A stretch of DNA of 61,361 nt, from positions 1 through 61,361 of the forward strand of contig JBHENG010000004.1 of the NCBI GenBank assembly GCA_046262195.1. The letters are read 5' to 3'. The notes under the pieces were generated by a model, which saw nothing but the letters and a program-made list of their open reading frames with translations, had not been told where the DNA came from and ran no database searches. The first letter of the stretch is position 1. Every line of letters begins with the position of its first letter. Made by a program: the position numbers and the translations under genes. Below are positions 44,765-53,786 of this stretch, piece after piece. The stretch comes from Pyrinomonadaceae bacterium. Its GTDB lineage: Bacteria; Acidobacteriota; Blastocatellia; Pyrinomonadales; Pyrinomonadaceae.

Positions 44765-45328
44765 ATGAAATTCAAATTAGTTGAAACCGTAATACTTTTT
44801 CTGTTGGCAGTCTCCGTCTCCTTCGGGCAGAAAACTGAGACTGAAAACCTGCAGTACAAGCTGCTGGCGACGACGAAAACGTCGACAATGCAGAAGGAGA
44901 TAAATGAGACGGCCGTCCAAGGCTATCGGATACTTGTCGGAGCCCCGACGAGCGGATCGGAAATGGCGCTGTTTCTGTCGCGGGACGGGACAGTGGCCGA
45001 GCCATACCAGTACAAACTGCTCGCAACGACACGGACGTCCACGATGCAAAAAGAGCTCAACGAAGCTGCTGAAGCGGGTTATCGGCTTATACCGAGCACA
45101 ATGATTCCAAAAAAGGATTTCTTTGGCGGAGTTGAGATCGTGATGATCATGGAACGTCCACCCAGACCGGACAAACGCTATACATATAGACTTTTGGCCA
45201 CAACGCGAACCTCCACCCTGCAGAAGGAAGTGACCGACGCCAAAAACGATGGCTTCAAAATAGTTGGAATGGTCAGTCGCGACGAGCACATGGTCGTGAT
45301 GGAGCGCGAGACCGCCGTTACGCCGTAA
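44765..45328 (+). CDS. secreted protein with three internal ~55-aa repeats (DUF4177-like units)
   Basis: Signal peptide MKFKLVETVILFLLAVSVSFGQ. The repeats are YKLLATTKTSTMQKEINETAVQGYRI, YKLLATTRTSTMQKELNEAAEAGYRL and YRLLATTRTSTLQKEVTDAKNDGFKI. Confidence 0.7.
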   Translation: MKFKLVETVILFLLAVSVSFGQKTETENLQYKLLATTKTSTMQKEINETAVQGYRILVGAPTSGSEMALFLSRDGTVAEPYQYKLLATTRTSTMQKELNEAAEAGYRLIPSTMIPKKDFFGGVEIVMIMERPPRPDKRYTYRLLATTRTSTLQKEVTDAKNDGFKIVGMVSRDEHMVVMERETAVTP

Positions 45329-45334
45329 TTTTTT

Positions 45335-45356
45335 AGGCTGCAAACAGCCCTTTTTG
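45335..45356 (+). terminator. short hairpin plus T-run after the triple-repeat gene
   Basis: GGCTG-CAAA-CAGCC followed by CTTTTTG. Confidence 0.4.
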
Positions 45357-45428
45357 CTTCATTTTCTCGAGAATCAATTCGGCAGCCTCGGCTGCTGACC
45401 TCCCTTCGGTATTCATCGGCTCGCCAAA

Positions 45429-46388
45429 GTGGTTATGACGACGAATGAAAGACCACCCAAAGGTGCGGCGGCGGCAAAGGTCTCCGCGTGGCGGCTCGGG
45501 GGCCTGTCGTGGCGAACGTTGCTGCGGAGAATTTGGCGTGAACTCTACGAAGGCGGGTTGCTGACGCATGCGGCGGCCCTGGCTTTTTACTTTCTTTTTG
45601 CACTTTTCCCCCTGTTGCTGTTCCTTGCCACGTTCCTTGCCATTTTCGGAGAAACGGGGGCGGAACTGCAATCTATCCTGCTGAGGTTTTTGGGGCGCAT
45701 TGCCCCGCCCTCTGCCTTTGCACTAGTTGACTCGACCATCGGAGAGATCGGCTCAGTGGCCGGAGGGGGACGCCTGGTGCTAGGACTGATATCGGCATTA
45801 TGGCTGGCCTCGCTTGGCATCGCCGCCCTGAGCGAATCGTTGAACGCTATGTACGGCGTACACGAGACGCGCTCGTGGTGGCGAGTAAGGCTCATTGCTA
45901 TCGCATTGACGGTGGTGTTGATAACGCTGATCCTGTGCGCTCTTTTGGCGATGATGTACGGCGGCGAGTTCGGCATGAATATTGCCGACCACTTTCAGCA
46001 AGGCAGGCTGTTCTCGGCGTTGTGGTCAATAGTCCAGGTGCCGCTCGCACTGCTGTTTGCACTGCTCGTGTTCGCACTCATCTATTACTACGCACCCGAT
46101 CTTCTTGAGCAGAAATGGTACTGGATAACGCCCGGGTCATTACTTGCCGTCATTTTATGGGTCCTGGTGTCCGCTCTGCTAAGGACGTATCTGCAGCATT
46201 TCGATATGTACAGCCGGACCTATGGTTCATTGGGAGCCGTGATCATTTTAATGCTGTGGTTCTATCTGACGGGCGCTGCCATTCTGCTTGGAGGTAAAAT
46301 TAACGCGGAGATCGAGAATGCCGCAGCCAAGGCAGGTGTTCCAGACGCCAAACGCCGCGGAGATAAGGAACCGGGCGAACACGATTAA
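45429..46388 (+). CDS. YihY/BrkB-family inner-membrane protein
   Basis: ..THAAALAFYFLFALFPLLLFL.. and six predicted TM segments are typical of the YihY family. The start could instead be the ATG at 45435. Confidence 0.75.
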   Translation: MVMTTNERPPKGAAAAKVSAWRLGGLSWRTLLRRIWRELYEGGLLTHAAALAFYFLFALFPLLLFLATFLAIFGETGAELQSILLRFLGRIAPPSAFALVDSTIGEIGSVAGGGRLVLGLISALWLASLGIAALSESLNAMYGVHETRSWWRVRLIAIALTVVLITLILCALLAMMYGGEFGMNIADHFQQGRLFSALWSIVQVPLALLFALLVFALIYYYAPDLLEQKWYWITPGSLLAVILWVLVSALLRTYLQHFDMYSRTYGSLGAVIILMLWFYLTGAAILLGGKINAEIENAAAKAGVPDAKRRGDKEPGEHD

Positions 46389-46404
46389 ACCCGTCGTCTA
46401 ATGC

Positions 46405-46437
46405 AAAAGGCCTCACCTCTATAGGTGAAGCCCTTTG
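46405..46437. terminator. bidirectional hairpin between convergent genes
   Basis: GGCCTCACC-TCTATA-GGTGAAGCC has one mismatch. It is flanked by an A-run upstream and a short T-run downstream. Confidence 0.4.
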
Positions 46438-46456
46438 GCGAGACGTTTTCTGGCGT

Positions 46457-46663
46457 CTATCGAGCGGGCACTGAGACGTCCACGTTTATCTTTTGATTCC
46501 CGCCCCCGGGAGCCTTTCGAAGAATGCCGCTGTAATAAACTGCCGCCGCAATGAGGCCAACAATTATGATAAAGGTTATGGCCCAAATCGCACTGCTGGC
46601 CGTCGATTCACCGCCGCCGTCGCGAACCACCACATCCTCTTCAACTACCACTTTTTTTGACAT
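46457..46663 (-). CDS. small single-pass membrane protein (68 aa)
   Basis: The internal ATG at 46663 has a GGAGGG RBS. The TM segment is AIWAITFIIIVGLIAAAVYY. The track ORF extends further upstream without support. Confidence 0.5.
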   Translation of the reverse strand: MSKKVVVEEDVVVRDGGGESTASSAIWAITFIIIVGLIAAAVYYSGILRKAPGGGNQKINVDVSVPAR

Positions 46664-46831
46664 TATAAAACCCTCCTGACATAGTTTGTACCGAAAAACG
46701 GGTGTGGCGTATGTAGAACGGCATACAGTGGCTGCTGGCGGTGAGAGTGCGGTCAGCTCGCGTATGACAAGGTTGGGTTCCGGGAGGCTCAAAAAGCGTT
46801 TTGAATCATATACTATCTGAGCTGGCGAGCT

Positions 46832-48901
46832 CTACGATCCCAGCAATTCCTTAACAAGCTCATCCGCCCCATAGAGCTTTCGCAGGGCCTCAAGAATGCC
46901 CGCAGAATGAACCGCAACGGCACGCGAGCCCTCCGCATCCTCTATGAACCAGTAACGGTTAGAAAGCTTCTGAATATTGCTATCAAAATTCAAACCAACG
47001 AGCTCCGCGTTGCGCGTGATGACGGGTGAGCCCGAGTTGCCGCCGATCGTGTCCGCGGTGTACACAAAGTTCAGAGGCGTGGCCAGATCGACTTTATCGC
47101 GGCCGGCACGGTACCGCTCAGGAAGGTCCCAGGGCGGCTTTTCGCCAAAGCTAAGTGCACGATCGTAGAGCCCGTAAAATGTGGTCTGGAACGGGACGAG
47201 CGTGGTGTCTTCCTCATAGCCCGCTACCTTGCCATAGCTGATCCGAAGATTGGAATTTGCATCCGGGGGCATGCTGCGGCCATACACGGCAAAGCGCGCC
47301 TGTGCGATACGTGTGCCGTTAGCAGCTTCAACGTTGGCAATGTTGGTCTCGTTCCACGTGCGAAGCTCACGGATCACCGGATCAACCCGGCGCGCTAGAG
47401 CTATCATCGGGTCGGTTGAGTTCGCCGTCATGTCAGCGGTGCCCTCAACGAGGGCCTTGCGCGCCGCAACATCCATGAGCTTGGTCTCACGAACCGCCCG
47501 GCGAGCAACGTCGGCAGGCTTTTCGCTGCCGAGAGCCGCCAGGATATATGGATCGTTGGGACCGAGGACCTTAAGGGCCTCTTCAAGCCACGAACGCAAC
47601 GCGGCTTCCTCCATATCCGCGTAGATCGGGGCCGGCGACAGAATAGCGTTGCGGACAACATCCAGTCGAGCGTCGCGATATTCAGGAAAGCGTCGCTCAT
47701 TTGGCTTTGCCTTCTCCGCGTGATAGGTGACGATCTGGCTGGCGATCGTGGCCAGCCGCGATGCAGCCAGATTAGAGAACGCGAGCCGTTTGGACATAGC
47801 CGGTAGAGCTTCATACGCTTTGCCAATAGCGTCCCAGGCTGGTGCATACTGAGCGTTAAGGTCAGTCCTTGCGGCAAGCTTGTCGCGAAGGTCCTTCTCC
47901 TCAGCGACCTTCTTCGCAAACATACGCGGGTTGCTCAGGCCCTCCTGTTGCCCCTGAAGCCGCTTTAGTGAGTTGGCGAAGGACCGCATGCCGGGGTTGG
48001 CCTGGCGAAGTTGTTCGGGTCCCAGTTTTGAGTATTCCTCCAAAGCCCGGCGGCGCGTTTCCCAGACCTGCTTCTGAAGCGGGTTGCCGATGTCCCGCTG
48101 GTATGCAAGCTGCGATACGGTCAACAAGCGAGCGGTCGAACCGGGGTACCCGGTCGCCAGCACGAACTCGTTTTCTTTAGGGCCCGTCGCCGACCATTTC
48201 AAATACTGAGGCGTGCTTGCCGGCTTTCCATTCTCGTAAAGTCGGAGAAACGTAAAATCAAGGTCGTGTCGCGGGAAAGTAAAATTATCGTAATCACCGC
48301 CAAAGAAGGCGATCTGCTCCTCCGGGGCCATAACCAGACGGACATCCGTATATCGCTTGACGCAGTAATTCCAGTACTCTCCGCCGCTGTAAAGCGAGAC
48401 GACGGAGCATCTCAGCCCCGTATTTGCCGCTGATCCTTTTTCGATCTCGGCCATCATTGCCTGCCGCTGGGCCGCCGCCTCGGCATTCGACGCACCCGCT
48501 TTCACGGCACCGTGAACCCGTTCTGTGACGTTGTCGTAAGAAACGAGCACGGTGGCTTCAGCGTCCTGAGCCTTAAGTTCTTCTGCCTGAGTGCGGGCAT
48601 AAAAAGCAGTTTTCATCAGATCACGATCCTTCGTCGACAGCTTCGCGATAATGTCGGAGGCAACGTGGTGATTGGTCGCGATCAGGCCGTTAGGCGAGAC
48701 GATGCCGGCGGACGCGCCGCCGATCTTCACCGAAGCGAGCCGAACGCGATCGAGCCACTCTTTTGACGGCTCAAAATTGTAACGCTCCTTCCACTGTTTC
48801 AGAGGCGGGTTGTCGTACGTCCACATCCCCTCATCGGCCAGGGCAGGCAGCACATTTAAAAGAAGGGTCAGCAGTAAAAATGAGGTCAGAAATTGTTTCA
48901 T
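46832..48901 (-). CDS. peptidase family S46 (dipeptidyl-peptidase 7/11-like)
   Basis: Signal peptide followed by ADEGMW. His lies in ..ATNHHV.. and the catalytic Ser in GGNSGSPV. Confidence 0.85.
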   Translation of the reverse strand: MKQFLTSFLLLTLLLNVLPALADEGMWTYDNPPLKQWKERYNFEPSKEWLDRVRLASVKIGGASAGIVSPNGLIATNHHVASDIIAKLSTKDRDLMKTAFYARTQAEELKAQDAEATVLVSYDNVTERVHGAVKAGASNAEAAAQRQAMMAEIEKGSAANTGLRCSVVSLYSGGEYWNYCVKRYTDVRLVMAPEEQIAFFGGDYDNFTFPRHDLDFTFLRLYENGKPASTPQYLKWSATGPKENEFVLATGYPGSTARLLTVSQLAYQRDIGNPLQKQVWETRRRALEEYSKLGPEQLRQANPGMRSFANSLKRLQGQQEGLSNPRMFAKKVAEEKDLRDKLAARTDLNAQYAPAWDAIGKAYEALPAMSKRLAFSNLAASRLATIASQIVTYHAEKAKPNERRFPEYRDARLDVVRNAILSPAPIYADMEEAALRSWLEEALKVLGPNDPYILAALGSEKPADVARRAVRETKLMDVAARKALVEGTADMTANSTDPMIALARRVDPVIRELRTWNETNIANVEAANGTRIAQARFAVYGRSMPPDANSNLRISYGKVAGYEEDTTLVPFQTTFYGLYDRALSFGEKPPWDLPERYRAGRDKVDLATPLNFVYTADTIGGNSGSPVITRNAELVGLNFDSNIQKLSNRYWFIEDAEGSRAVAVHSAGILEALRKLYGADELVKELLGS

Positions 48902-48925
48902 AATGTTACCGAAGAGTAGATTGTG

Positions 48926-50122
48926 TTAGCCGAGCACGCGTTGCAATTTTTCCATAGCGCCCTGTAAGACCTGGTCTTCGCGGGCGATGCAAATGCGTAC
49001 GTAGGCGTCCCACGTGTCAGTGTCGGCGAATGCGCCGCCCGGGGTCATCCCCACGCCCGCCTCGCTCATAAGCATTTCATTGAACGAGATAGCGTCGTTG
49101 TATTGCTCGGGAATTCGAGCCCACAAGTAGAAGGCCGAACACGATTTGTAAATATCAAACCCCAGATCCGTCAGTACCTCCGACGTAACCCGGCGCTTAG
49201 CGTCAAACTGTTCGCGAAGTCTTGGATAGTACTCTTCGTCGGCCATCAGGACACGCGACAAAGCCGCCTGCAGCGGCGTTGCCGGACAAACATAGATGAC
49301 GTTTGCCGCATTATTGAGAGGCGCTATCAGCTCGCCTTTGCCATAGGCGTACCCGAGACGCCAGCCGGAGATGTTCCACGATTTCGAGAACGAGTTAACT
49401 GTAATGGTGCGGTCCCACATCCCCGGCAGAGACGCTATTGGAATATGCGGCTTTTCGCCCGTTACGTAGTGTTCATAAACTTCGTCAGAAATCACGAGCA
49501 GATCCAGCTCCTGCGCGACCTCGGCTATGGCCTCGAGCTCGGTTTGCGACATCACCTTGCCGCTGGGATTTGCCGGCGTGCAGACGATGATCGCCTTTAG
49601 CGGGAATTCGCCGCGGTCCTTTAGTTCTTTGCAGCGAGAGCGAAGAGCTTCTTTTTCGAATGAGAGGTTTTCATCCAGATGGAACGTTTCAGTTTTGGCA
49701 CTGAATTCCTCCATGATCCGGCGGTGATAAGGGTAATAGGGCTCAAAGACGAGAGCCGACCGGCCTCGCAAATACCCTTGTGCGATCCCGATCAGAGCGC
49801 CCGTGCCGCCAGTGGTGATCATCACTTCGAAGGGACGAGCCGCCGCATCAACCTCGATGCCGTTGTATCTCGATATCTTTGCCGCGACCGCCTTTCGCAG
49901 GTTTTCGTCCCCCTCACTGCCGCCATAGTGGTTTTGGCTTGCTGCAATGATCTCCCCTGCCTCCCGGGCCAGACGCGGGTCGATCGGCAGCTCAGACTGT
50001 CCCTGCACAAGATTGCCGCTCGCCGGTACCAGCCGTGTGATCGCACGAATATCCGGCTTCACCTTCTTCATTGTGGCTTCTGACATAAGGTACAAAATAT
50101 CAGCTTTGGTGCCCGCCTGCAT
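48926..50122 (-). CDS. pyridoxal-phosphate-dependent aminotransferase, class I/II
   Basis: SFSKSWNISGWRLGY (PLP lysine), ..NPSGKV.. The start is uncertain; alternative ATGs lie at 50086 and 50071. Confidence 0.8.
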   Translation of the reverse strand: MQAGTKADILYLMSEATMKKVKPDIRAITRLVPASGNLVQGQSELPIDPRLAREAGEIIAASQNHYGGSEGDENLRKAVAAKISRYNGIEVDAAARPFEVMITTGGTGALIGIAQGYLRGRSALVFEPYYPYHRRIMEEFSAKTETFHLDENLSFEKEALRSRCKELKDRGEFPLKAIIVCTPANPSGKVMSQTELEAIAEVAQELDLLVISDEVYEHYVTGEKPHIPIASLPGMWDRTITVNSFSKSWNISGWRLGYAYGKGELIAPLNNAANVIYVCPATPLQAALSRVLMADEEYYPRLREQFDAKRRVTSEVLTDLGFDIYKSCSAFYLWARIPEQYNDAISFNEMLMSEAGVGMTPGGAFADTDTWDAYVRICIAREDQVLQGAMEKLQRVLG

Positions 50123-50348
50123 CTTCCACGCCTTTCTTTCAACGCTCGGGTTCCGTGTTCATCCATTCTTGTTAGGCCGCATCTGTATCATGCTTGCAAC
50201 TATGCCTTGACATTGCAACGCGACTTGCTGTAAACTTTATGGGGCAGCAGTGGATATTTGACATAACTAGGCTTGGCTACAGCATTGCTTGCGCGCGCTG
50301 GGTCGCCGGGACATGGGACAACGAGCTCCCGTAATAGCCAATAACCTT

Positions 50349-50954
50349 TCATGTTGTTTTTGCTCGTCGGCTAACGTACTGATTGCCCGCGACCCAAAAC
50401 CGCCACGGCTTCGCGGCGTCTTCGCCGGCATAGTCGATCCCGACTCGCACGCCGACGGCGATGTCTGATTTTTTGAAACGGCGATATTCGTCCAGCCAGA
50501 TCCGATCGCCGAGCAGGTCTTCGCCATTTAAGCGTCGATCGATGTCCATGGCGATGCAGAGCTTGCCCGGACCGGATGTCAGGTTTCGGTCCGTCATCTC
50601 TCCACGTCGGGAGCGCATGATTTCGACGCCGTCGACCGGTTCAACAGCTCTTATCAGCACAACCTGCGGGACGTTCGGTGCGGCCGTAACGACATTAAGC
50701 TGGTAATACATTCCGTAGACAAAGAACACATATACGAGCCCGCCGAGGCCGTAGGTTGCCTCGTTGCGAGCCGTCCGGCGGCCGCCATAACTGTGTGCCG
50801 CACGATCGGTGATACCGAGATACGCCTCTGTTTCGACGATCATACCGGAAACTCGGTTCCCCTCGTCGTCGGGGACGACCAGTAGCTTGCCCAGCAGGTC
50901 GCGGGCGATCTGGACCGTGTCGTCACGGAGATAGAACTCTCTCTGAAGCTTCAC
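50349..50954 (-). CDS. mpg: DNA-3-methyladenine glycosylase (AAG/Mpg family)
   Basis: 201 aa. ..FYLRDDTVQIARDLLGKLLV.., ..IVETEAYLG..D.A.HS.. and ..GPGKLC.A..I are present. Confidence 0.8.
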   Translation of the reverse strand: MKLQREFYLRDDTVQIARDLLGKLLVVPDDEGNRVSGMIVETEAYLGITDRAAHSYGGRRTARNEATYGLGGLVYVFFVYGMYYQLNVVTAAPNVPQVVLIRAVEPVDGVEIMRSRRGEMTDRNLTSGPGKLCIAMDIDRRLNGEDLLGDRIWLDEYRRFKKSDIAVGVRVGIDYAGEDAAKPWRFWVAGNQYVSRRAKTT

Positions 50955-51061
50955 AAGCGAGATAGTATCAGACGCCGCAAAACAACCTGCAACTCGCCGT
51001 AAGCGTCAGAGATAAGTACAATTTGCTAAACTCTCGTTCTCCCTGAACGAAAATTACATTA

Positions 51062-52384
51062 ATGAAAATCATACTTTCTATCGTAGTGGCCCTTTCGTCG
51101 TATCCCGCTATTGCGCAAAAGCCGACGGAGGTGCTCGCCACCACGGCCGGTCGCACGTTTACGGCCCGTGACCTCTCCCCAGCGGCGCAGAATGCAATTG
51201 AAAAACTGCCGTCCATGATCGCCAATCTTCGAAAGCAGCTTCTTGCTCAAAAGCTCGGGAGCGTGCTGCTCGAGACCGAAGCGAAAACACGAAACATGCA
51301 GATCCCTGCCCTGCTAAAACTTGAAACGGCTAAGGTCAAAGACCCGACGCCGGCCGAGATACAGGCCGTGTATGACGCAAACAAGGCCGCCATCGGCAAC
51401 AAGTCCCTCGCCGAAGTGCGGAAGCAGATAGTTGAATTTATCCGGCACGATCCGGAAGAGAAAGCCGTCATGGCGTTTATCGATTCGCTTGCCGCCAAAC
51501 ACAAGGTCGTGTATGGAAAAGACGTCAATGCCCCGGACCTGAAGCCCGCCGATGTGCTTTTTACGGTAGGCGGCCGGTCTGTTGCGGCTAGGGAGTTTGA
51601 AGAAGAGACAAAGATGGCGCTATATGGCGCGCGTTACGATTTCTATGAGGACCTGAAGGCTGAGGTCGAAGACGCGGTCCACAACGCGTTGGCCATCGAA
51701 GAGGCAAAGGCCCAAAAACTCGAGCCCGGCGATTTAATAGCCCGTGAGGTCACATCGAAGATGAAGGATTACTCCGACGCCGAGCGTACCGGCCTCGAAA
51801 GTGCGTTTCGCGCACGCCTTTTTTCTAAATACGGCGCCCGGATTTTGCTGACCGAGCCGGAACCGGTGGTGCAGAACATTTCGGTTGACGATGACCCATC
51901 CCGTGGGCCAGCGGCCGCACATGTCACCATCGTCATGTTCAGCGACTTCCAGTGCTCGGCGTGCGCGGCCACGCATCCGATATTGAAAAGCGTAATGGGC
52001 GAGTACGGGGACAAGGTCCGGCTCGTAGTGCGCGACTTCCCGCTCGAGAGCATCCATGAGAATGCCTTCAAAGCGGCGCTCGCCGCGGGGGCGGCGAATG
52101 CTCAGGGAAAGTTCTTTGAATACACCGAGATGCTGTACAAACACCAGGACGCTCTCGACGCCGAATCGCTCAAGAAGTACGCCGTAGAAGCCGGTTTAAA
52201 TGTCAAACAATTTGAGTTAGACTTTAGCTCCGAAAAGGTAGCTGCTGAGGTCAGAAAAGATCAGGCCGAAGGCCAGACCTACGGCATAAGCGGTACTCCG
52301 GCCATCTTCGTTAATGGCGTGGGCGTGCGAACGCTTTCAGCCGAAGCTTTTCGCAAAGCCATTGACCGGGCCCTCAAAAAGTAG
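51062..52384 (+). CDS. exported thioredoxin-fold DsbA-like protein with long N-terminal helical (chaperone-like) extension
   Basis: Signal peptide. The C-terminal ..VMFSDFQCSACA.. is a CxxC motif and ..GISGTPAIFVNG.. contains the cis-Pro region. Confidence 0.7.
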   Translation: MKIILSIVVALSSYPAIAQKPTEVLATTAGRTFTARDLSPAAQNAIEKLPSMIANLRKQLLAQKLGSVLLETEAKTRNMQIPALLKLETAKVKDPTPAEIQAVYDANKAAIGNKSLAEVRKQIVEFIRHDPEEKAVMAFIDSLAAKHKVVYGKDVNAPDLKPADVLFTVGGRSVAAREFEEETKMALYGARYDFYEDLKAEVEDAVHNALAIEEAKAQKLEPGDLIAREVTSKMKDYSDAERTGLESAFRARLFSKYGARILLTEPEPVVQNISVDDDPSRGPAAAHVTIVMFSDFQCSACAATHPILKSVMGEYGDKVRLVVRDFPLESIHENAFKAALAAGAANAQGKFFEYTEMLYKHQDALDAESLKKYAVEAGLNVKQFELDFSSEKVAAEVRKDQAEGQTYGISGTPAIFVNGVGVRTLSAEAFRKAIDRALKK

Positions 52385-52403
52385 GCTGTTGGTTCGAGAA
52401 CGT

Positions 52404-53249
52404 ATGCGTATTTTATTTATGGTCCTCATAGCTGCCGTGGCATTTGGATGCTCCTCCGGCAGCGCAAACGTGTCGAAGGCCAACGCGAATAATGCTAATG
52501 CCAGAACCGGGCCTCCGCCGGTGTACGGGTATGAAGTAGTAAACTCGTATCCGCACGACCCAAACGCCTTTACTCAAGGTCTTTTCTTCCATAACGGATT
52601 TCTTTACGAGAGCACCGGCGAGTACGGGGGCTCGTCCATCCGTAAGATCGAGATCGAGACCGGAAAAGTCGTTCAAAAGTCAGAACTGCCCCGGGATATT
52701 TTTGCCGAAGGAATGGCCCTGCTCGGCGACAAGATCTATCAGCTCACATGGAAGGAACGTACTTGCCGGGTTTACGACGTTAATGATTTCAAGCTGCTGC
52801 AGGAGTTCAGCTATCAGGGTGACGGTTGGGGACTTACGACCGACGGAACAAATCTCTTCATGACGGACAGCACGCATGTTATGCGGGTCCTTAACCCCGA
52901 AACATTTCGTTCGGTAAGAATGATTGCCGTTATGCGAGATGACGGCAAGCCGCTCATGCAGCTCAATGAGCTCGAATATATCAAGGGCGAGATCTGGGCG
53001 AACATATGGCACTCGGAACAGCCCGACGTGCTGGGAAAGCCTAATCACATTGCCCGGATCGATCCCTCCAGCGGAAAGATATTGGGGTGGGTCAGCCTTG
53101 CCGGGATCTCTCCTGCCGATCAGCCTCCTGGATCAGACGAAAATACGCTGAATGGCATTGCATATGACGCCACCGGTGACCGCATTTTTGTCACCGGTAA
53201 AAAGTGGAAAAAGCTCTACGAGATCAAGATCAAACCGCCCCAGGCTTAA
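52404..53249 (+). CDS. glutaminyl-peptide cyclotransferase (beta-propeller type), lipoprotein
   Basis: The ATG at 52404 gives MRILFMVLIAAVAFGC-SSG, a lipobox. ..YPHDPNAFTQGL..YESTGEYGGSSIR.. is typical of bacterial/plant-type QC. Confidence 0.75.
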   Translation: MRILFMVLIAAVAFGCSSGSANVSKANANNANARTGPPPVYGYEVVNSYPHDPNAFTQGLFFHNGFLYESTGEYGGSSIRKIEIETGKVVQKSELPRDIFAEGMALLGDKIYQLTWKERTCRVYDVNDFKLLQEFSYQGDGWGLTTDGTNLFMTDSTHVMRVLNPETFRSVRMIAVMRDDGKPLMQLNELEYIKGEIWANIWHSEQPDVLGKPNHIARIDPSSGKILGWVSLAGISPADQPPGSDENTLNGIAYDATGDRIFVTGKKWKKLYEIKIKPPQA

Positions 53250-53726
53250 ATGACGGAAGACGACAGACGGTTTATGGCGCGGGCTATCGCGCTCGCAAAA
53301 GAGGGTGTGGCAGCAAATGCCGGCGGCCCTTTTGGTTCAGTCATAGTCCGTAACGGCGAGATCATCGGCGAGGGAAACAATAGGGTCACGTCATCCAATG
53401 ACCCAACGGCACACGCCGAGGTGACCGCCATTCGAGCAGCATGCGAACAGCTCGCAAGTTTTCAGCTCGACGGCTGTACGATCTACACTTCATGCGAGCC
53501 GTGTCCGATGTGTCTCGGGGCAATTTATTGGGCCCGGCCGGAGCGCGTTGTCTTTGCATGTACTCGTCAGGATGCTGCAAATATTGGGTTTGACGACAAT
53601 TTCATTTACGAGGAGCTCGAAAAGAGCAATGAGGACCGCGAAATGGTGCTGCTAAGCCTGATGAGGGATGAGGCTCTCGAGGTTTTCCGCGATTGGGCTG
53701 CCAAGGCCGACAAGATCGAGTATTAG
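53250..53726 (+). CDS. guaD: guanine deaminase (CDA-fold, GuaD type)
   Basis: ..GGPFGSVIV..NDPTAHAEVTAIR..YTSCEPCPMCLGAIYWARP.. is very close to Bacillus GuaD as I recall it. The ATG abuts the preceding TAA. Confidence 0.8.
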   Translation: MTEDDRRFMARAIALAKEGVAANAGGPFGSVIVRNGEIIGEGNNRVTSSNDPTAHAEVTAIRAACEQLASFQLDGCTIYTSCEPCPMCLGAIYWARPERVVFACTRQDAANIGFDDNFIYEELEKSNEDREMVLLSLMRDEALEVFRDWAAKADKIEY

Positions 53727-53786
53727 ACAGTTTCCTCCTCATTTCTGATCCGTCCCGTTACGCGTTCACGCGCGGCGATTTTTTAG

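Noticed and set aside
45333-45671. A 112-aa minus-strand ORF between the triple-repeat gene and yihY.
   Set aside because: Most of it is antisense to the yihY 5' end, with a Lys/Arg/Gln/Pro-rich low-complexity sequence. The non-overlapping part is only about 30 codons and covers the terminator hairpin.
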